Of a stretch of DNA of 40,257 bases, positions 25,557-36,350 are shown piece after piece. Source of the DNA: a virus (lineage: Duplodnaviria > Caudoviricetes); IMG/VR virus record IMGVR_UViG_3300014208_000017, positions 1-40,257 of that record, one strand, 5' to 3'. Numbering within the stretch: the stretch's first letter is position 1; each line of letters starts with the position of its first letter. Made by a program: the position numbers and the translations under genes. The notes under the pieces were generated by a model that ran no database searches, was not told the origin of the DNA, and was given only the letters and a program-made list of their open reading frames with translations.

Positions 25557-27086
25557 ATGCCAAATGACATCCATGAACTACGCGCCGAACTATGGGGAAG
25601 CTTCTTATTATTTACGCGCGTATTCTTCCCCCGAGTAACAGGCCGCGAATTTGTTATAAGTAACCCACCGCAACGCGAATCCCACTTTATAACCATTTCG
25701 CGTGAGCTTACATTATGTGCTCGCATGGAAAATCCATCCGTTATCATCAATGTTCCACCAGGACATGGCAAATCAGTAATGCTGTCTATGTGGGTGGCAT
25801 GGACAATGAGTAAATACCCCAATAGCCAATACTTATATATAAGCTATGGTAAGACGCTTGCGACCAAACATACGGAGTTTATCAAGCGCATTATTAGTAC
25901 AGCACATTATCGCGACGTGTTTGGGGTGGAGATTAGGCATGATTCAAAGGCTAAAGATTTTTTCCAAACGACTGCGGGCGGCGCGGTCAAGTCCTTTGGT
26001 AGTAGTGGTGCAATCACAGGACAAGACGGTGGATTGCCAAATTGTGACCATTTCTCTGGCGCAGTTATTATGGATGATATGCATAAGCCCGACGAAGTCC
26101 ACAGTGATACTATACGTCAAACAGTAATAGACAATTATCGTGAAACAATCCTTCAGCGTCCACGAGCGCCTAATGTCCCTATGGTATTCATCGGGCAGCG
26201 ATTACATGAGGATGATTTGCCCGCTTACATGCTATCGGGAAAAGACGAGCGAATATGGAAACCAGTAGTCCTGAAGGCTATTGATGATAATGGCTTTGCA
26301 CTCTATCCCGACGTCAATCCACTGGCGCAGCTTAAAGAGAAGCAAGAAAAGAACCCTTATGTATTTGCATCACAGTTTCAGCAAGACCCAATACCTGCGG
26401 GCGGCGCATTATTCAAGCCAGATAACTTTGTAATGCTAGGAACGGAGCCCGAAATGTTGGTGACATTCATCACGGCAGATACCGCAGAAACCGCAAAAAG
26501 CTATAATGATGCGACCGTATTTAGTTTCTGGGGAATTTATGACATCGTGGAGTTTGGGCAAAAAACCGGTCAGCGTGCGCTTCATTGGCTGGATTGCGTC
26601 GAGTTACGCATTGAACCAAAAGAGCTTAAAGATGCTTTTATGGATTTCTATAGTGAGTGCATGCTCCACCCCGTTAAGCCATTAATGGCAGCTATTGAGA
26701 AGAAATCAACAGGCGTTACACTAGTAAGCACACTGCAAGATATGCGTGGGCTACAAATACGTGAAGTGAAGCGTACTAAAGCATCCGGTAGTAAGACAGA
26801 ACGATATCTTGAGATGCAGCCTATTGTGGCAGCCAGAATGGTAAGTTTTACAGAGGGCGCAAGACACGCTGAAAGTACGATATTGCACATGTCCAAGATT
26901 ACCGCAAATGATACGCATCGCCATGATGATAGGGCCGATACATTATATGATGCGATAAAAATTGCACTAATTGACAAAACGCTTGTATTTGATACTAAAC
27001 AAGATACGGTTAAAGCTGCTACAATCTTGCAAAAGCAAAAGTCAATACTAAGGGCTAGGAGTAACTTGTATGGCGGCAATCAATAA
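25557..27086 (+). CDS. terL: Terminase large subunit
   Basis: NVPPGHGKS Walker A, IMDD Walker B, QRLHEDD, ITADTA and HDDRAD nuclease motifs. Confidence 0.95.
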   Translation: MPNDIHELRAELWGSFLLFTRVFFPRVTGREFVISNPPQRESHFITISRELTLCARMENPSVIINVPPGHGKSVMLSMWVAWTMSKYPNSQYLYISYGKTLATKHTEFIKRIISTAHYRDVFGVEIRHDSKAKDFFQTTAGGAVKSFGSSGAITGQDGGLPNCDHFSGAVIMDDMHKPDEVHSDTIRQTVIDNYRETILQRPRAPNVPMVFIGQRLHEDDLPAYMLSGKDERIWKPVVLKAIDDNGFALYPDVNPLAQLKEKQEKNPYVFASQFQQDPIPAGGALFKPDNFVMLGTEPEMLVTFITADTAETAKSYNDATVFSFWGIYDIVEFGQKTGQRALHWLDCVELRIEPKELKDAFMDFYSECMLHPVKPLMAAIEKKSTGVTLVSTLQDMRGLQIREVKRTKASGSKTERYLEMQPIVAARMVSFTEGARHAESTILHMSKITANDTHRHDDRADTLYDAIKIALIDKTLVFDTKQDTVKAATILQKQKSILRARSNLYGGNQ

Positions 27087-29247
27087 GACAGCATCAGACC
27101 ATCTTGAGCGCATTCGTAAGAATGTCGCCGAATCCCATATGTATTTCAAAGACAATGCCACGCGCTTTCGTGAGTTTCGCAAATTTGTTTTCCGAGAGTC
27201 TGTCAATGAACAACAGAAGACAGTACTTCAGCAGCTCAATAGGCCAGTGGTTGAGTTTAATATGCTTGAGGCATATATCAGCCGATTGCTGGGCGAATTC
27301 TCAAAGCATGAGCCAAGTATTGAGGTAACGCCAGCTGAAGGTGTTCCGGTTCAACAGCCTGTGCTTGATTTAGTGGAAGGACATTTGCGTCATATCTTTC
27401 ACCAAGCCAATAAGAATTCCTTTGCCTACGAGATATACAAGGACTTATTGTCAGGTGGTTTTTCTGTGGCAAAGATATGGACTGATTATGCAGGCCCTAT
27501 GTCTTTCGAGCAGCAAATATATTTAAGCCGTGTGTTTGATCCAACCCTTGTAGGATTTGACCCATTAGCGCGTGCAAGCCACAAAGGCGATGGGCAATTT
27601 AGTTTTGAAATATATCCCATGCTTGAGGAAGATTTTAAGCGTGAGTTCCCGAAAGCTAATGCAAGCACAATAGGCTATTGTCGTGATATTGAGGGATTCA
27701 ATTGGTCGTATAAAGACATACAAAACAAGAATATCGTGCTTGTGGCAGATTACTATGAAAAGAAAAAGCGCAAAGTAAAGATTGTAAAGCTCGCCAATGG
27801 TCGCGTAATGACAGCCAAAGACTATGAAAAGCTTGAAATTTACTGGCAAGAGCAGCAATTCATTGAGCAAATTCCTGTAATTGTTGGCAAGCCCCGCACG
27901 ACGACACTTGAGGTAATATGCCGCTATAAGTTTGTAGAGAATGAAGTTTTAGAATATGAAGAAACGGACTATACCTACTTGCCGCATGTGTTTGTTGATG
28001 GCAATTCCATTGTGTTGACTCAAGGTACATCAAACGTTACGTATCAAATGACGCGCCCCTATGTTTATCATGCTAAAGGCGTGCAAGACATGATGAACTT
28101 TGCGGGCCAAACGATTTGCAATAGCATGGAAAACCTTATTCAGCACAAGTTTATTGTGATGAAAGAGGCTATCCCGCAAGAACAAGATTATCTTGAAGCT
28201 TTAAATGATATTCAGCGCGCCAATACGATTGTTGTTAATGCTTATAGCGAGAACAATCCTGATAAACCAATTCCTACGCCAATTCGCGAAGTACAGAATG
28301 TACCATTACCACCCGAGGTGACTGGCGCATTCCAGATGACAGGGCCTGTGACGCAGACCATACTTGGCTCTTATGCTAGCAACCTTGGTAAGAATGACAA
28401 TGATTTAAGCGGCAAGGCTGTAATTGAATCATCATCTGTCGGTAATTCTGCAGCAATGCCATATGTCGTTGGGTATTTGCAAGCCTTAACACAGATTGGT
28501 AATGTGATTGTGGATTTGATACCTAAATACCTTGTTGGCAAGCGCACCATTCCTATTGTGAAAAAGGATGGTGACAAGGATTATCAAGGTATTAATCAGC
28601 CAGGTAGCCCGTATCTTGATTATGACGAGAAGGCTATCAAGGTAAATATTGAGGCTGGTGTTAATTTTCAAGTACAAAAGAATCAGGCAGTGGAGCAGAT
28701 TATTGCACTGACGCAGGCCAACGAGGAATTGGGCCAGTTCTTTAATAGTGAGGAAGGGTTGCCTATTCTTGTAAAGAATTTAACCATCTATGGCGCAGAT
28801 TTATTGCCTGAAGCGGTTGATAAGTGGATGCAGAAACGTCAGCAACAACAGCAACAGGCACAGCAAATGCAGCAGGAAGCCATGCAAAACGACCCGCGGA
28901 TGTTAAAAGCGAAGTCTGACCAAATGAAAGTACAGCTTGAAGCTATGCAGATGAAAATGGATGAAAAGCAGCAAGAATTTGACAATCAGATAGCAATTGC
29001 TAAATTAGCTAATGAGAAGATTCTTGCGGACAGCAAAATACTTGAGGCTGAAGCCAAGATTAGTCAAGAACAGATTAATAGTGCGGTACGTCTTGAAGAA
29101 AGCCAGACCAATCTTGAGAAGCATGCATTAGATGCTGCGGCGAAACTTGCAGAGGTTAAATCTCGAGAACACAATGACCATTTGGCTGCGCATAAATTAG
29201 CGCATGAGATTGATATGGCGAGCAAGACAAATGACAGAACAGAATAA
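27070..29247 (+). CDS. Portal protein (P22 gp1-like)
   Basis: 725 aa after TerL; SGKA motif; long Q-rich C-terminal coiled-coil barrel. Confidence 0.9.
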   Translation: MAAINKTASDHLERIRKNVAESHMYFKDNATRFREFRKFVFRESVNEQQKTVLQQLNRPVVEFNMLEAYISRLLGEFSKHEPSIEVTPAEGVPVQQPVLDLVEGHLRHIFHQANKNSFAYEIYKDLLSGGFSVAKIWTDYAGPMSFEQQIYLSRVFDPTLVGFDPLARASHKGDGQFSFEIYPMLEEDFKREFPKANASTIGYCRDIEGFNWSYKDIQNKNIVLVADYYEKKKRKVKIVKLANGRVMTAKDYEKLEIYWQEQQFIEQIPVIVGKPRTTTLEVICRYKFVENEVLEYEETDYTYLPHVFVDGNSIVLTQGTSNVTYQMTRPYVYHAKGVQDMMNFAGQTICNSMENLIQHKFIVMKEAIPQEQDYLEALNDIQRANTIVVNAYSENNPDKPIPTPIREVQNVPLPPEVTGAFQMTGPVTQTILGSYASNLGKNDNDLSGKAVIESSSVGNSAAMPYVVGYLQALTQIGNVIVDLIPKYLVGKRTIPIVKKDGDKDYQGINQPGSPYLDYDEKAIKVNIEAGVNFQVQKNQAVEQIIALTQANEELGQFFNSEEGLPILVKNLTIYGADLLPEAVDKWMQKRQQQQQQAQQMQQEAMQNDPRMLKAKSDQMKVQLEAMQMKMDEKQQEFDNQIAIAKLANEKILADSKILEAEAKISQEQINSAVRLEESQTNLEKHALDAAAKLAEVKSREHNDHLAAHKLAHEIDMASKTNDRTE

Positions 29248-29375
29248 CAAAGAGATATATGAATTCCAGGGGGTATCCGCTAGCGGGCAATTGTTTTATA
29301 GGAATAGGGAAACCGGCGAATGGTGGGCCGGCACGAAGGATGGACCAAAGAAACTGAAAGAGAGAAAGAAAAGCA

Positions 29376-29672
29376 ATGCCGAATCTTGAGTGTATTGTAA
29401 AAGATGATATAGATACATTAAGGGCACAACTGCGGATGTACTTCGATGAGCTAGCGCATGGGGTTCGTCACAGCAATACAGGCTTCCCTAGCGCATTTGA
29501 ATTATTGCAATTTGCAATGCTCGACATATTGACCGCATGCTTTTATGGTATTCCACATGCTAAAGATTATAGGATAAGATTCATAGATAATATTCGTAAA
29601 ATAGCTGACGGCTTAGAGAAGCATGGACTAGAAGGAGATAGCAATGGCAAAGTACAAATTAACAATGAATGA
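29376..29672 (+). CDS. Hypothetical protein
   Basis: ORF track; coupled to its neighbours. Confidence 0.5.
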   Translation: MPNLECIVKDDIDTLRAQLRMYFDELAHGVRHSNTGFPSAFELLQFAMLDILTACFYGIPHAKDYRIRFIDNIRKIADGLEKHGLEGDSNGKVQINNE

Positions 29673-30419
29673 CATCGACAGGGCTAGCAATATACATAAG
29701 CTTGAGCGTGATGGCTTTAGCAAAGAAACCATTATGAAAACAATGTATAAGGAAACAGCGGGGGCATCGCAACGTGAGCGCGAGCAGATTGTATCTAAAT
29801 TGTACGATAGAAAGGAATAGTCATGGCCAAACTAACCAGCAAGTCACGCGATAAGATTCCTAAAAAAGAATTTGGATTGCCGGGTGAGAAAAAATACCCC
29901 ATGGAAGACCGTGCTCATGCCGCGAATGCAAAAGCACGTGCGAGTCAAATGGAAAAGAAAGGAAAGCTATCTTCATCCAGCAAAGCTAAAATTGATGCGA
30001 AGGCTAATAAAATATTGGGGAAGAAAAAATGAAAAAACATGATGACGCAGCAATGGATAAAAAGTTAATCAACAAGGCGATTAAAAAGTCTGAAGCCAAA
30101 GATAAGAAACAAGATTCTAAGATGATGAAGAAGAAGGGGTGCAAGTGATGCCACTTAAGAAAGGAACAGGCCGTAAAACCATTGGCAGTAACATAAAGGA
30201 AATGGAGGCCGCAGGCCATCCAAAAGCTCAGGCTATAGCCGCAAGCTTAAATGAGGCCCGTAAATCTGGCGCTAAAATTCCAAAGAAAAAGAAAAAATGA
30301 AAAGTGACGAATCAACAGAGATAATCGGCGTTTTACAGGATATTGCTTCATCGCTTCAAATTATTGCCACTGAACTTGAGTTTATGAATGGTAATTTTGA
30401 TTTAGATGAAGAAGAATAA
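29644..30419 (+). other. Cluster of microproteins, mostly basic (29644-29820, 29823-30032, 30029-30148, 30148-30300, 30297-30419)
   Basis: Manual translations: MAKYKLT..., MAKLTSKSR...YPMEDRAHAANAKARA, MKKHDDAAMDK..., MPLKKG...QAIAASL..., and acidic MKSDES... Confidence 0.65.
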
Positions 30420-30420
30420 T

Positions 30421-30495
30421 TCCAAATTAGCTCAGCGGTAGAGCGGCGACCTGTTAAGTCGTTGGTCCCTGGTTCGAGCCCAGGATTTGGAGCCA
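30421..30495 (+). tRNA. tRNA-Asn (GUU)
   Basis: TCCAAAT/ATTTGGA acceptor, GCTC/GAGC D stem, CT-GTT-AA anticodon loop, CCTGG-TTCGAGC-CCAGG T arm, G73-CCA. Confidence 0.95.
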
Positions 30496-30501
30496 TTTAT
30501 T

Positions 30502-30526
30502 AGCCACGCATTGATGTGGCTTTTTT
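30502..30526 (+). terminator. Intrinsic terminator after the tRNA
   Basis: AGCCAC...GTGGCT hairpin plus T run. Confidence 0.7.
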
Positions 30527-30546
30527 ATATCTTCAATTTGTCACTA

Positions 30547-30575
30547 TTGACTATATATAGCACTAATGTGACAAT
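30547..30575 (+). promoter_or_regulatory. Putative promoter for scaffold/coat
   Basis: TTGACT-N17-GACAAT with extended TG; spacer contains ATATATAGCA, also present in the 15382 operator. Confidence 0.45.
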
Positions 30576-30674
30576 CATGGTCACTACGTCGCCATACGAC
30601 AACTTGGCCGAATCTTTGCGCGATATGCATTGTTATTTACGGTGACACCGAAAAATCGTCAAGAAGAAGGGTTT

Positions 30675-31403
30675 ATGACTGATAAAGATTTAGAGATTGA
30701 AGCGCCGGGTGTAGAAGCCCCTGAAGAAGCTCCGAATTCGGTACCGGAAGACAATGCGCCGCTCGCAAGAGATGTGGTTTCAAAGATTGTTGAACGGGAA
30801 CGAAAGAAAGCTTACGAAAAGGGACAAAAGGACTACCTCATGCAATTACAGCAAGAACAAGCACAGCAGCAACAACCATCTGAAGCGCCAGCTATGCAGC
30901 AGCAAGGGCAGCAAAGCCTTGGTGGCATGCAGCAGTTATCGCCAGCAGATATCGAGCGAATGATTGCAGAGAAAGCGCCTCAACTTCTACAAGAGCATGT
31001 GCAGCAGCTTAAAAACGAGCATACGATTAATAGTTTCGTAAGCAAGATGCAAGCAGCTGAGCAGAAATACCCCGGTTTGGAAGCAAAGCTTAATGAATTG
31101 GATTATTCGTCTATGTCACCATTGGTGCAGATGGCGAATGATATGGAAAATACTGGCGAAATCATGAAAGAGTTGGTCGATAACCCAATGAAGCTGGGGA
31201 ATATGATTGCTCTAACGCATACGCAACCTGGTCTTGCGAAGCGTCAAATGATGGAACTGAGTAATTCTATTAAGACCAATCAGGCAGCATTAGCGGAAGA
31301 AGCTGAAGCTCGAGACCCCATGTCACAATTAAAACCTTCATCAAGTGCCGGGATGGATAACGGCGCAATGTCGGTTACTGATTTTCGGAAAATGTTCCGC
31401 TAA
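30675..31403 (+). CDS. Scaffolding protein
   Basis: Acidic, Q-rich and helical; directly upstream of the coat gene; C-terminal DFRKMFR. Confidence 0.75.
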   Translation: MTDKDLEIEAPGVEAPEEAPNSVPEDNAPLARDVVSKIVERERKKAYEKGQKDYLMQLQQEQAQQQQPSEAPAMQQQGQQSLGGMQQLSPADIERMIAEKAPQLLQEHVQQLKNEHTINSFVSKMQAAEQKYPGLEAKLNELDYSSMSPLVQMANDMENTGEIMKELVDNPMKLGNMIALTHTQPGLAKRQMMELSNSIKTNQAALAEEAEARDPMSQLKPSSSAGMDNGAMSVTDFRKMFR

Positions 31404-31463
31404 TACAACCGGTGTTGTAGCTATGTAATCCCTCCTTAAATTCATTTTTTGGAGTGCATCATC

Positions 31464-32789
31464 ATGCCATCAACACCAGTCAATATTTTACAAACCGTAC
31501 AAACTTATCAAAAAGCCGAATTAGCGTGGCTATTGAATACATTCTGCGGCATTTCCCTTGCAAACAAAAAATTCAAGGACTTCAACGACCTGACTGCGAA
31601 TCTTGGGGACACGGTCACTTTTGATACAACTCCACGTTATATTTCTTACGCTGGTCTTGTTATTACTGAACAGCCATCCGTTCAACGCGTGCAATCATTA
31701 ATTTGTGCTCAAGCAGCCAACGTTGCAGCAGCTTACACCGACCAGCAGTTCATATTTAACGTTCGTGATTATATGGATCGCTTTGGCATGTCAGCTATGA
31801 AAGAACTGGGCTCATTGATTGAATCTGATATTCTTCGTAACTTTATTTCTGGTGTAGTTGTAAACGACCCACAAAACAATAACTTCGGTTCTGCCCAAGT
31901 TAATAGCGGCCCTTTCCGTTTCTATGGCGACGGCGTAACACCAATTAATAGTTATACTCAATTAGCGCAATCTGTAGCCAACTTTGTAGACTTTGGTGCA
32001 GCTACTCATAAAATGGTTGGCTTCCTACCTGTAGCAAACATTCCTGCAATCGTTGGTACTGGCTTGAATCAATTTGCGATGACACGAAATAACGAGGCAG
32101 CAATGTCTTGGGAATTGGGTCGTTTCAGCAATACAGACTGGTATGAGTCAAACCTATTACCAGTTCATGTTTCAGGAACCATTGGTAACACAGCAGCGCC
32201 TAATAATGTGATGACCGTTGTATCAACCAATGACCCCACAGGCGTTAACGTAACTACCATTACATTTACTGAACCCACGGCTGGAACTGACGCTAATGCC
32301 ATTAAAGCAGGCGACTTATTCCAGTTTAATGATGGCGTAAGTGGCAAGCCTAACATGCGCTTCCTGACCTTTATCGGACACAGAGTATCTCAACAACCTG
32401 TTCAGTTCAGAGCAATTGCTGATGCTGCTACAGTTGGTGGTACTGTCACAGTAAGCGTGCAAACCATCAATGGTGTTGGTTTAGTATGGGCACAGAACCA
32501 AAATCAAAACTTGAACAATACAATCACCGCTGGCATGACAGTAACGCCAATCCCTTCACATCGCGCTGGCTGTTTGATGTCTGGTGACCAGTTCTATTTG
32601 GCAATGCCAAGACTGCCTGATGAAAGTCCTTTCACTACTGTGAATATGACTGACCCTGATAGTGGTGCAAGTATTAGGCATTATTTCGGTAGCCAGTTCG
32701 GTATGAACAATCGGGCTTACGTGAGAGATAGTATTTGGGGGTCGACATTGGTTGCTGAAAACTCCATGCGTTATATATTCCCATTGTAA
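31464..32789 (+). CDS. Major capsid protein (P22 gp5-like)
   Basis: LGDTVTF, AMKELGSLIESDI and I-domain-like IKAGDLFQF...QFRAIADA; GGAG RBS before ATG 31464. Confidence 0.88.
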   Translation: MPSTPVNILQTVQTYQKAELAWLLNTFCGISLANKKFKDFNDLTANLGDTVTFDTTPRYISYAGLVITEQPSVQRVQSLICAQAANVAAAYTDQQFIFNVRDYMDRFGMSAMKELGSLIESDILRNFISGVVVNDPQNNNFGSAQVNSGPFRFYGDGVTPINSYTQLAQSVANFVDFGAATHKMVGFLPVANIPAIVGTGLNQFAMTRNNEAAMSWELGRFSNTDWYESNLLPVHVSGTIGNTAAPNNVMTVVSTNDPTGVNVTTITFTEPTAGTDANAIKAGDLFQFNDGVSGKPNMRFLTFIGHRVSQQPVQFRAIADAATVGGTVTVSVQTINGVGLVWAQNQNQNLNNTITAGMTVTPIPSHRAGCLMSGDQFYLAMPRLPDESPFTTVNMTDPDSGASIRHYFGSQFGMNNRAYVRDSIWGSTLVAENSMRYIFPL

Positions 32790-32800
32790 TGTCGAACAGT

Positions 32801-32821
32801 AGCCCCACTTCGGTGGGGTTT
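32801..32821 (+). terminator. UUCG hairpin after the coat gene (weak terminator/stabiliser)
   Basis: AGCCCCAC-TTCG-GTGGGGTT-T. Confidence 0.65.
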
Positions 32822-32847
32822 GCGTAACAAATTAAGAGGATTAAATC

Positions 32848-33618
32848 ATGTCAGTAGTCAACAACGAAACCTCAAAAGCATTCCCTTATAGCTCATTCAT
32901 TCCATTTTATTTTAATGGTTTGGGCATAAGTAACAATGCAACAACCCCCAATACATTGCTAAATGTGGCTGCGGGCTCTTGCTTAGACTCAACCGGAACC
33001 TTTCAACTAACATTGTCTTCTGCAGTAGTTATTAATGCAGCAACTAATGGTTTGAATGGTTTAGATACAGGTACATTTGCTGCAAGTACTGTTTACAAGG
33101 TATTTGTGGTTTGTGACCCTGTAACACAACAAGCAGCGGGTGCGATGATTTCTGCATCAGCAACACCATTGCTGCCTTTTGGTTATAGTGCTTACGCATT
33201 GATTGGTTATGCAACAACCGATGCTAGTGTACATTTCTTAGCAGGTTACTGGTCTGATAATGATAGCGCTCGTCGTACATTTACTTATGATGCGCCTATT
33301 ATTGCCTTGGATAATGGCGCTCAAACAGGCTATACCGGTGTTGCATTAACAGCGTTCGTGCCACCCGTAGCAAATACTCCTGTCGTTATTTACTCAGATT
33401 ATACCGCTAATGCTGCGGCTGATATTGAGAATCTACAGGGGTATAACTCTACAGGTGATGCAGTGACTATTATTGCACCCGTAGCCGGAGCTACTGCTCA
33501 TACAACGCAGCAAAACACAGTACTTGCTCAGTTGAATACAGCGGCTCCATCCATTAAATATAAAGTATCTGCTGGAACCGTGGACCTTTATGTTTGTGGT
33601 TATACTTTTGACCTGTAA
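32848..33618 (+). CDS. Virion structural protein (decoration/minor capsid-like)
   Basis: GAGG RBS; follows the coat gene; NGLNGLDTGT...P.LPFGY motif. Confidence 0.6.
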   Translation: MSVVNNETSKAFPYSSFIPFYFNGLGISNNATTPNTLLNVAAGSCLDSTGTFQLTLSSAVVINAATNGLNGLDTGTFAASTVYKVFVVCDPVTQQAAGAMISASATPLLPFGYSAYALIGYATTDASVHFLAGYWSDNDSARRTFTYDAPIIALDNGAQTGYTGVALTAFVPPVANTPVVIYSDYTANAAADIENLQGYNSTGDAVTIIAPVAGATAHTTQQNTVLAQLNTAAPSIKYKVSAGTVDLYVCGYTFDL

Positions 33619-33637
33619 TTGATAATCGGAGGGTAGT

Positions 33638-34339
33638 ATGGCTTACACGGCGTTACAGCTTATCACTAGGGCATACTACCTATCCCAAGTTGTTAGCAGA
33701 GGATTACAGACCGTATCTGGTGAACAGGTTACGGATGGCGAATATCTTTTAAATGCATTGTTAGATGTAAAAGCTAGTGACTTGCATTTAATTCCTTATT
33801 TTCAAGAATATGATTTTAATACAGTCGCCGGAACAGAAAGCTATTTTGTTCCAAACCTGGTTTATGCCGATAGCGTAACCTTTAATATTGGGGTTGTGCG
33901 CTATTCCATGATAGATATGACCAGAAAAGGCTATTTTAGTACACCACGCGTCGATAATGTTCAGTCATTGCCATTCAGTTATCGCGTAGAAAGAAAGCTT
34001 GATGGCTCACAGATTTATTTATATTTTGTACCAGCAGATATTTATGCCATAAAAATTTGGGGCAAGTTTGGGTTAACCGATGTCACATTAACAACCGACT
34101 TAAGTCTAACTTATGACAAATTTTATATTGAATATTTGCGCTATGCGTTAGCAGAATATATCTGCGCTGAATATGGAGCAACCTTTCCTGATGAATCCAA
34201 AGCAAAATATATGGAAATTAGGAAAAAATTAATGATGATAAGCCCCGCAGACTTATCTATACAGAAAAGAACCTACTTTAGTAGGCAGCCTGCACTTGAC
34301 TGGCAGCTGATAAATTTGCCCGGATGGGTACCGTTTTGA
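33638..34339 (+). CDS. Head-tail adaptor (P22 gp4-like)
   Basis: TALQLITRAY...DGEYLLN.LL...LRYALAEYICAEYG. Confidence 0.75.
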   Translation: MAYTALQLITRAYYLSQVVSRGLQTVSGEQVTDGEYLLNALLDVKASDLHLIPYFQEYDFNTVAGTESYFVPNLVYADSVTFNIGVVRYSMIDMTRKGYFSTPRVDNVQSLPFSYRVERKLDGSQIYLYFVPADIYAIKIWGKFGLTDVTLTTDLSLTYDKFYIEYLRYALAEYICAEYGATFPDESKAKYMEIRKKLMMISPADLSIQKRTYFSRQPALDWQLINLPGWVPF

Positions 34340-34364
34340 TCAATTAGCATAGGAATTTTACAAT

Positions 34365-35969
34365 ATGGTAGCACCTAATGCTAAACAACAAATCCAAGAA
34401 GTTCCTCTCAGTATAGTGGGAGGAAACAAATTTGGTCGCTATCCAAAAATAAATCAAAGTCAAACATGGAACATGATCGTAAGCGACGACTTCCTAGTCC
34501 CCTACGCAGGCTACAAAGAAGCGGCCATCATCAATCCCAGTGACATCGGCCGAGGGTTATATGCCAGCAGTCGTGGCAACATTATGTTAGCTGTTATTGG
34601 CAATCAAGTTTTCACGCTCACCGTCACTAACGGCGTATTAACGCCATCAGCATCACATGGTAGTTTAGCTACAACAACGGGTGACGTGTTCATTGCAGAA
34701 AATAATAATAATGAAATATGTATTACCGATAAGGCCTATGTCTATGTATGGAACTACAGGACATCAACATTTAGTTCATCAGCCCCAGGGGCTACAAATG
34801 TAATTGTATTTCCATTTCAAAATCCAGGTTACATTTCATTCCAAAATGGTCGATTGATCATTGCGTCACTTGGCACGCAGTTATGGGTATTGTCAGCATT
34901 CAATGATGCAACAACATGGCCTGATGATAGTTCTCATGTGGGAGCAATACAAACGAAACCATGTTTTATTCAAGCAGCAGTGCCAATGCCTGGAGGTGGA
35001 AATAACTTGCTGGTATTTGGCACAAACGTTGCCGAATCATGGCAGGATTTAGGTTTGGCATTATTCCCATACCAACGCAATAGCACGTTCAATATTGACT
35101 ATGGATGCGCAAATGCCTCCAGTATCGCTGAATTAGAAGATATGGTGGTATGGATATCATTTAACGAGCAAGCAGGCCCCACGGTCATGTATACGCAAGG
35201 AACAGGCGTTCATAGCATATCTACCGATGGTATTGATTTTAAATTAGCTGATTTAACGAATCCTAGTAATTGCACAGGGTTTTTATTTAGGCAGGACGGT
35301 CATTTAATCTATCAATTCACCTTTCCTGATGACAATTTAAGTTATGCCTATGATTTTGGAACGAAATTGTTCTTCACGGTTACGGATGAAAATCTAAATT
35401 ATCATATTGCTCGCCAAGTTGTGTTCTTTAATAATGAATATTATTTTGTCAGTTTAAATGGCGGCAATGTATATCAATTTGGCACGCAATTTACGGATGC
35501 TGATTATGGGCTTGGTCGTGTGCATCAACTGCCACGCATTCGTGTATGCCCTCCATTAAGATTGCCTAGTCAGCGATATTTTATTATTAAGAGTTTAGGA
35601 TTTACCATTGAAAATGGCCAAAAAAATATTAAGACGGTAACGCCATTTCCTCTCGAAGGCGCTGATATCACAACTGAAGATAGTGTGCTGATTACCACGG
35701 AAAATAATATATTAATTACTACTGAGTCCGATGGTGTATCGACAGGTTCTTATACACAATACTCTGAAGCGGTTGATTTGTCGGTATCACGCGATGGCGG
35801 GGAGTCATTTGGTAGTTCATATCGTTTAGAAATGAATCCAACAGGGCAGCGACGTAGCCGATTTATATTCCAACGATTAGGTATTGCGAATGATGCTACG
35901 TTTCAATTGCGATTCTCAGGATTTGGGCGATTTGTGTGCACCACAGGTGTAACTGAGGTGTACCAATGA
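34365..35969 (+). CDS. Tail hub / DNA stabilisation protein (P22 gp10-like)
   Basis: Beta-propeller-like; FRQDGHLIYQFTFP; LSVSRDGGESFG...GQRRSR.I..RLG. Confidence 0.85.
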   Translation: MVAPNAKQQIQEVPLSIVGGNKFGRYPKINQSQTWNMIVSDDFLVPYAGYKEAAIINPSDIGRGLYASSRGNIMLAVIGNQVFTLTVTNGVLTPSASHGSLATTTGDVFIAENNNNEICITDKAYVYVWNYRTSTFSSSAPGATNVIVFPFQNPGYISFQNGRLIIASLGTQLWVLSAFNDATTWPDDSSHVGAIQTKPCFIQAAVPMPGGGNNLLVFGTNVAESWQDLGLALFPYQRNSTFNIDYGCANASSIAELEDMVVWISFNEQAGPTVMYTQGTGVHSISTDGIDFKLADLTNPSNCTGFLFRQDGHLIYQFTFPDDNLSYAYDFGTKLFFTVTDENLNYHIARQVVFFNNEYYFVSLNGGNVYQFGTQFTDADYGLGRVHQLPRIRVCPPLRLPSQRYFIIKSLGFTIENGQKNIKTVTPFPLEGADITTEDSVLITTENNILITTESDGVSTGSYTQYSEAVDLSVSRDGGESFGSSYRLEMNPTGQRRSRFIFQRLGIANDATFQLRFSGFGRFVCTTGVTEVYQ

Positions 35970-36340
35970 CAGCTACGCCAAGACGTGAATCAATTAGAAT
36001 TCCTAATTTACCCTTTGGGCAGATTGTTGATGATAAAGGTATGGCCACGGATGATGAGCTTACATTTAGGCAAGCATTGATTACAGCATTGCAAAATTAT
36101 ATGGGCAATGAGGGGTTGGTTATCCCTATCCAGAATCAAACGGACGCTGATGCGATATTAAATCATAAGGTAGAGGACCCGTCGAATCCTGCTAACTTTG
36201 TTTATACCTGTCTTCTAGGAACAACACTTTATATTAAGGATGCAGCAGACTACACTCAAGATAAGGTTGTAATTGCTGTAAGAAATGATAATACATATCC
36301 GGCGACACCGCCTGTATTTAAAACCGTGACGCTCACGTAA
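35966..36340 (+). CDS. Tail-associated hypothetical protein
   Basis: ATGA-coupled to the gp10-like gene. Confidence 0.55.
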   Translation: MTATPRRESIRIPNLPFGQIVDDKGMATDDELTFRQALITALQNYMGNEGLVIPIQNQTDADAILNHKVEDPSNPANFVYTCLLGTTLYIKDAADYTQDKVVIAVRNDNTYPATPPVFKTVTLT

Positions 36341-36350
36341 GGACTATAAA

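Noticed and set aside
30421-30495. tRNA as an attP integration site
   Set aside because: No integrase found, and the tRNA is complete and lies inside the late operon
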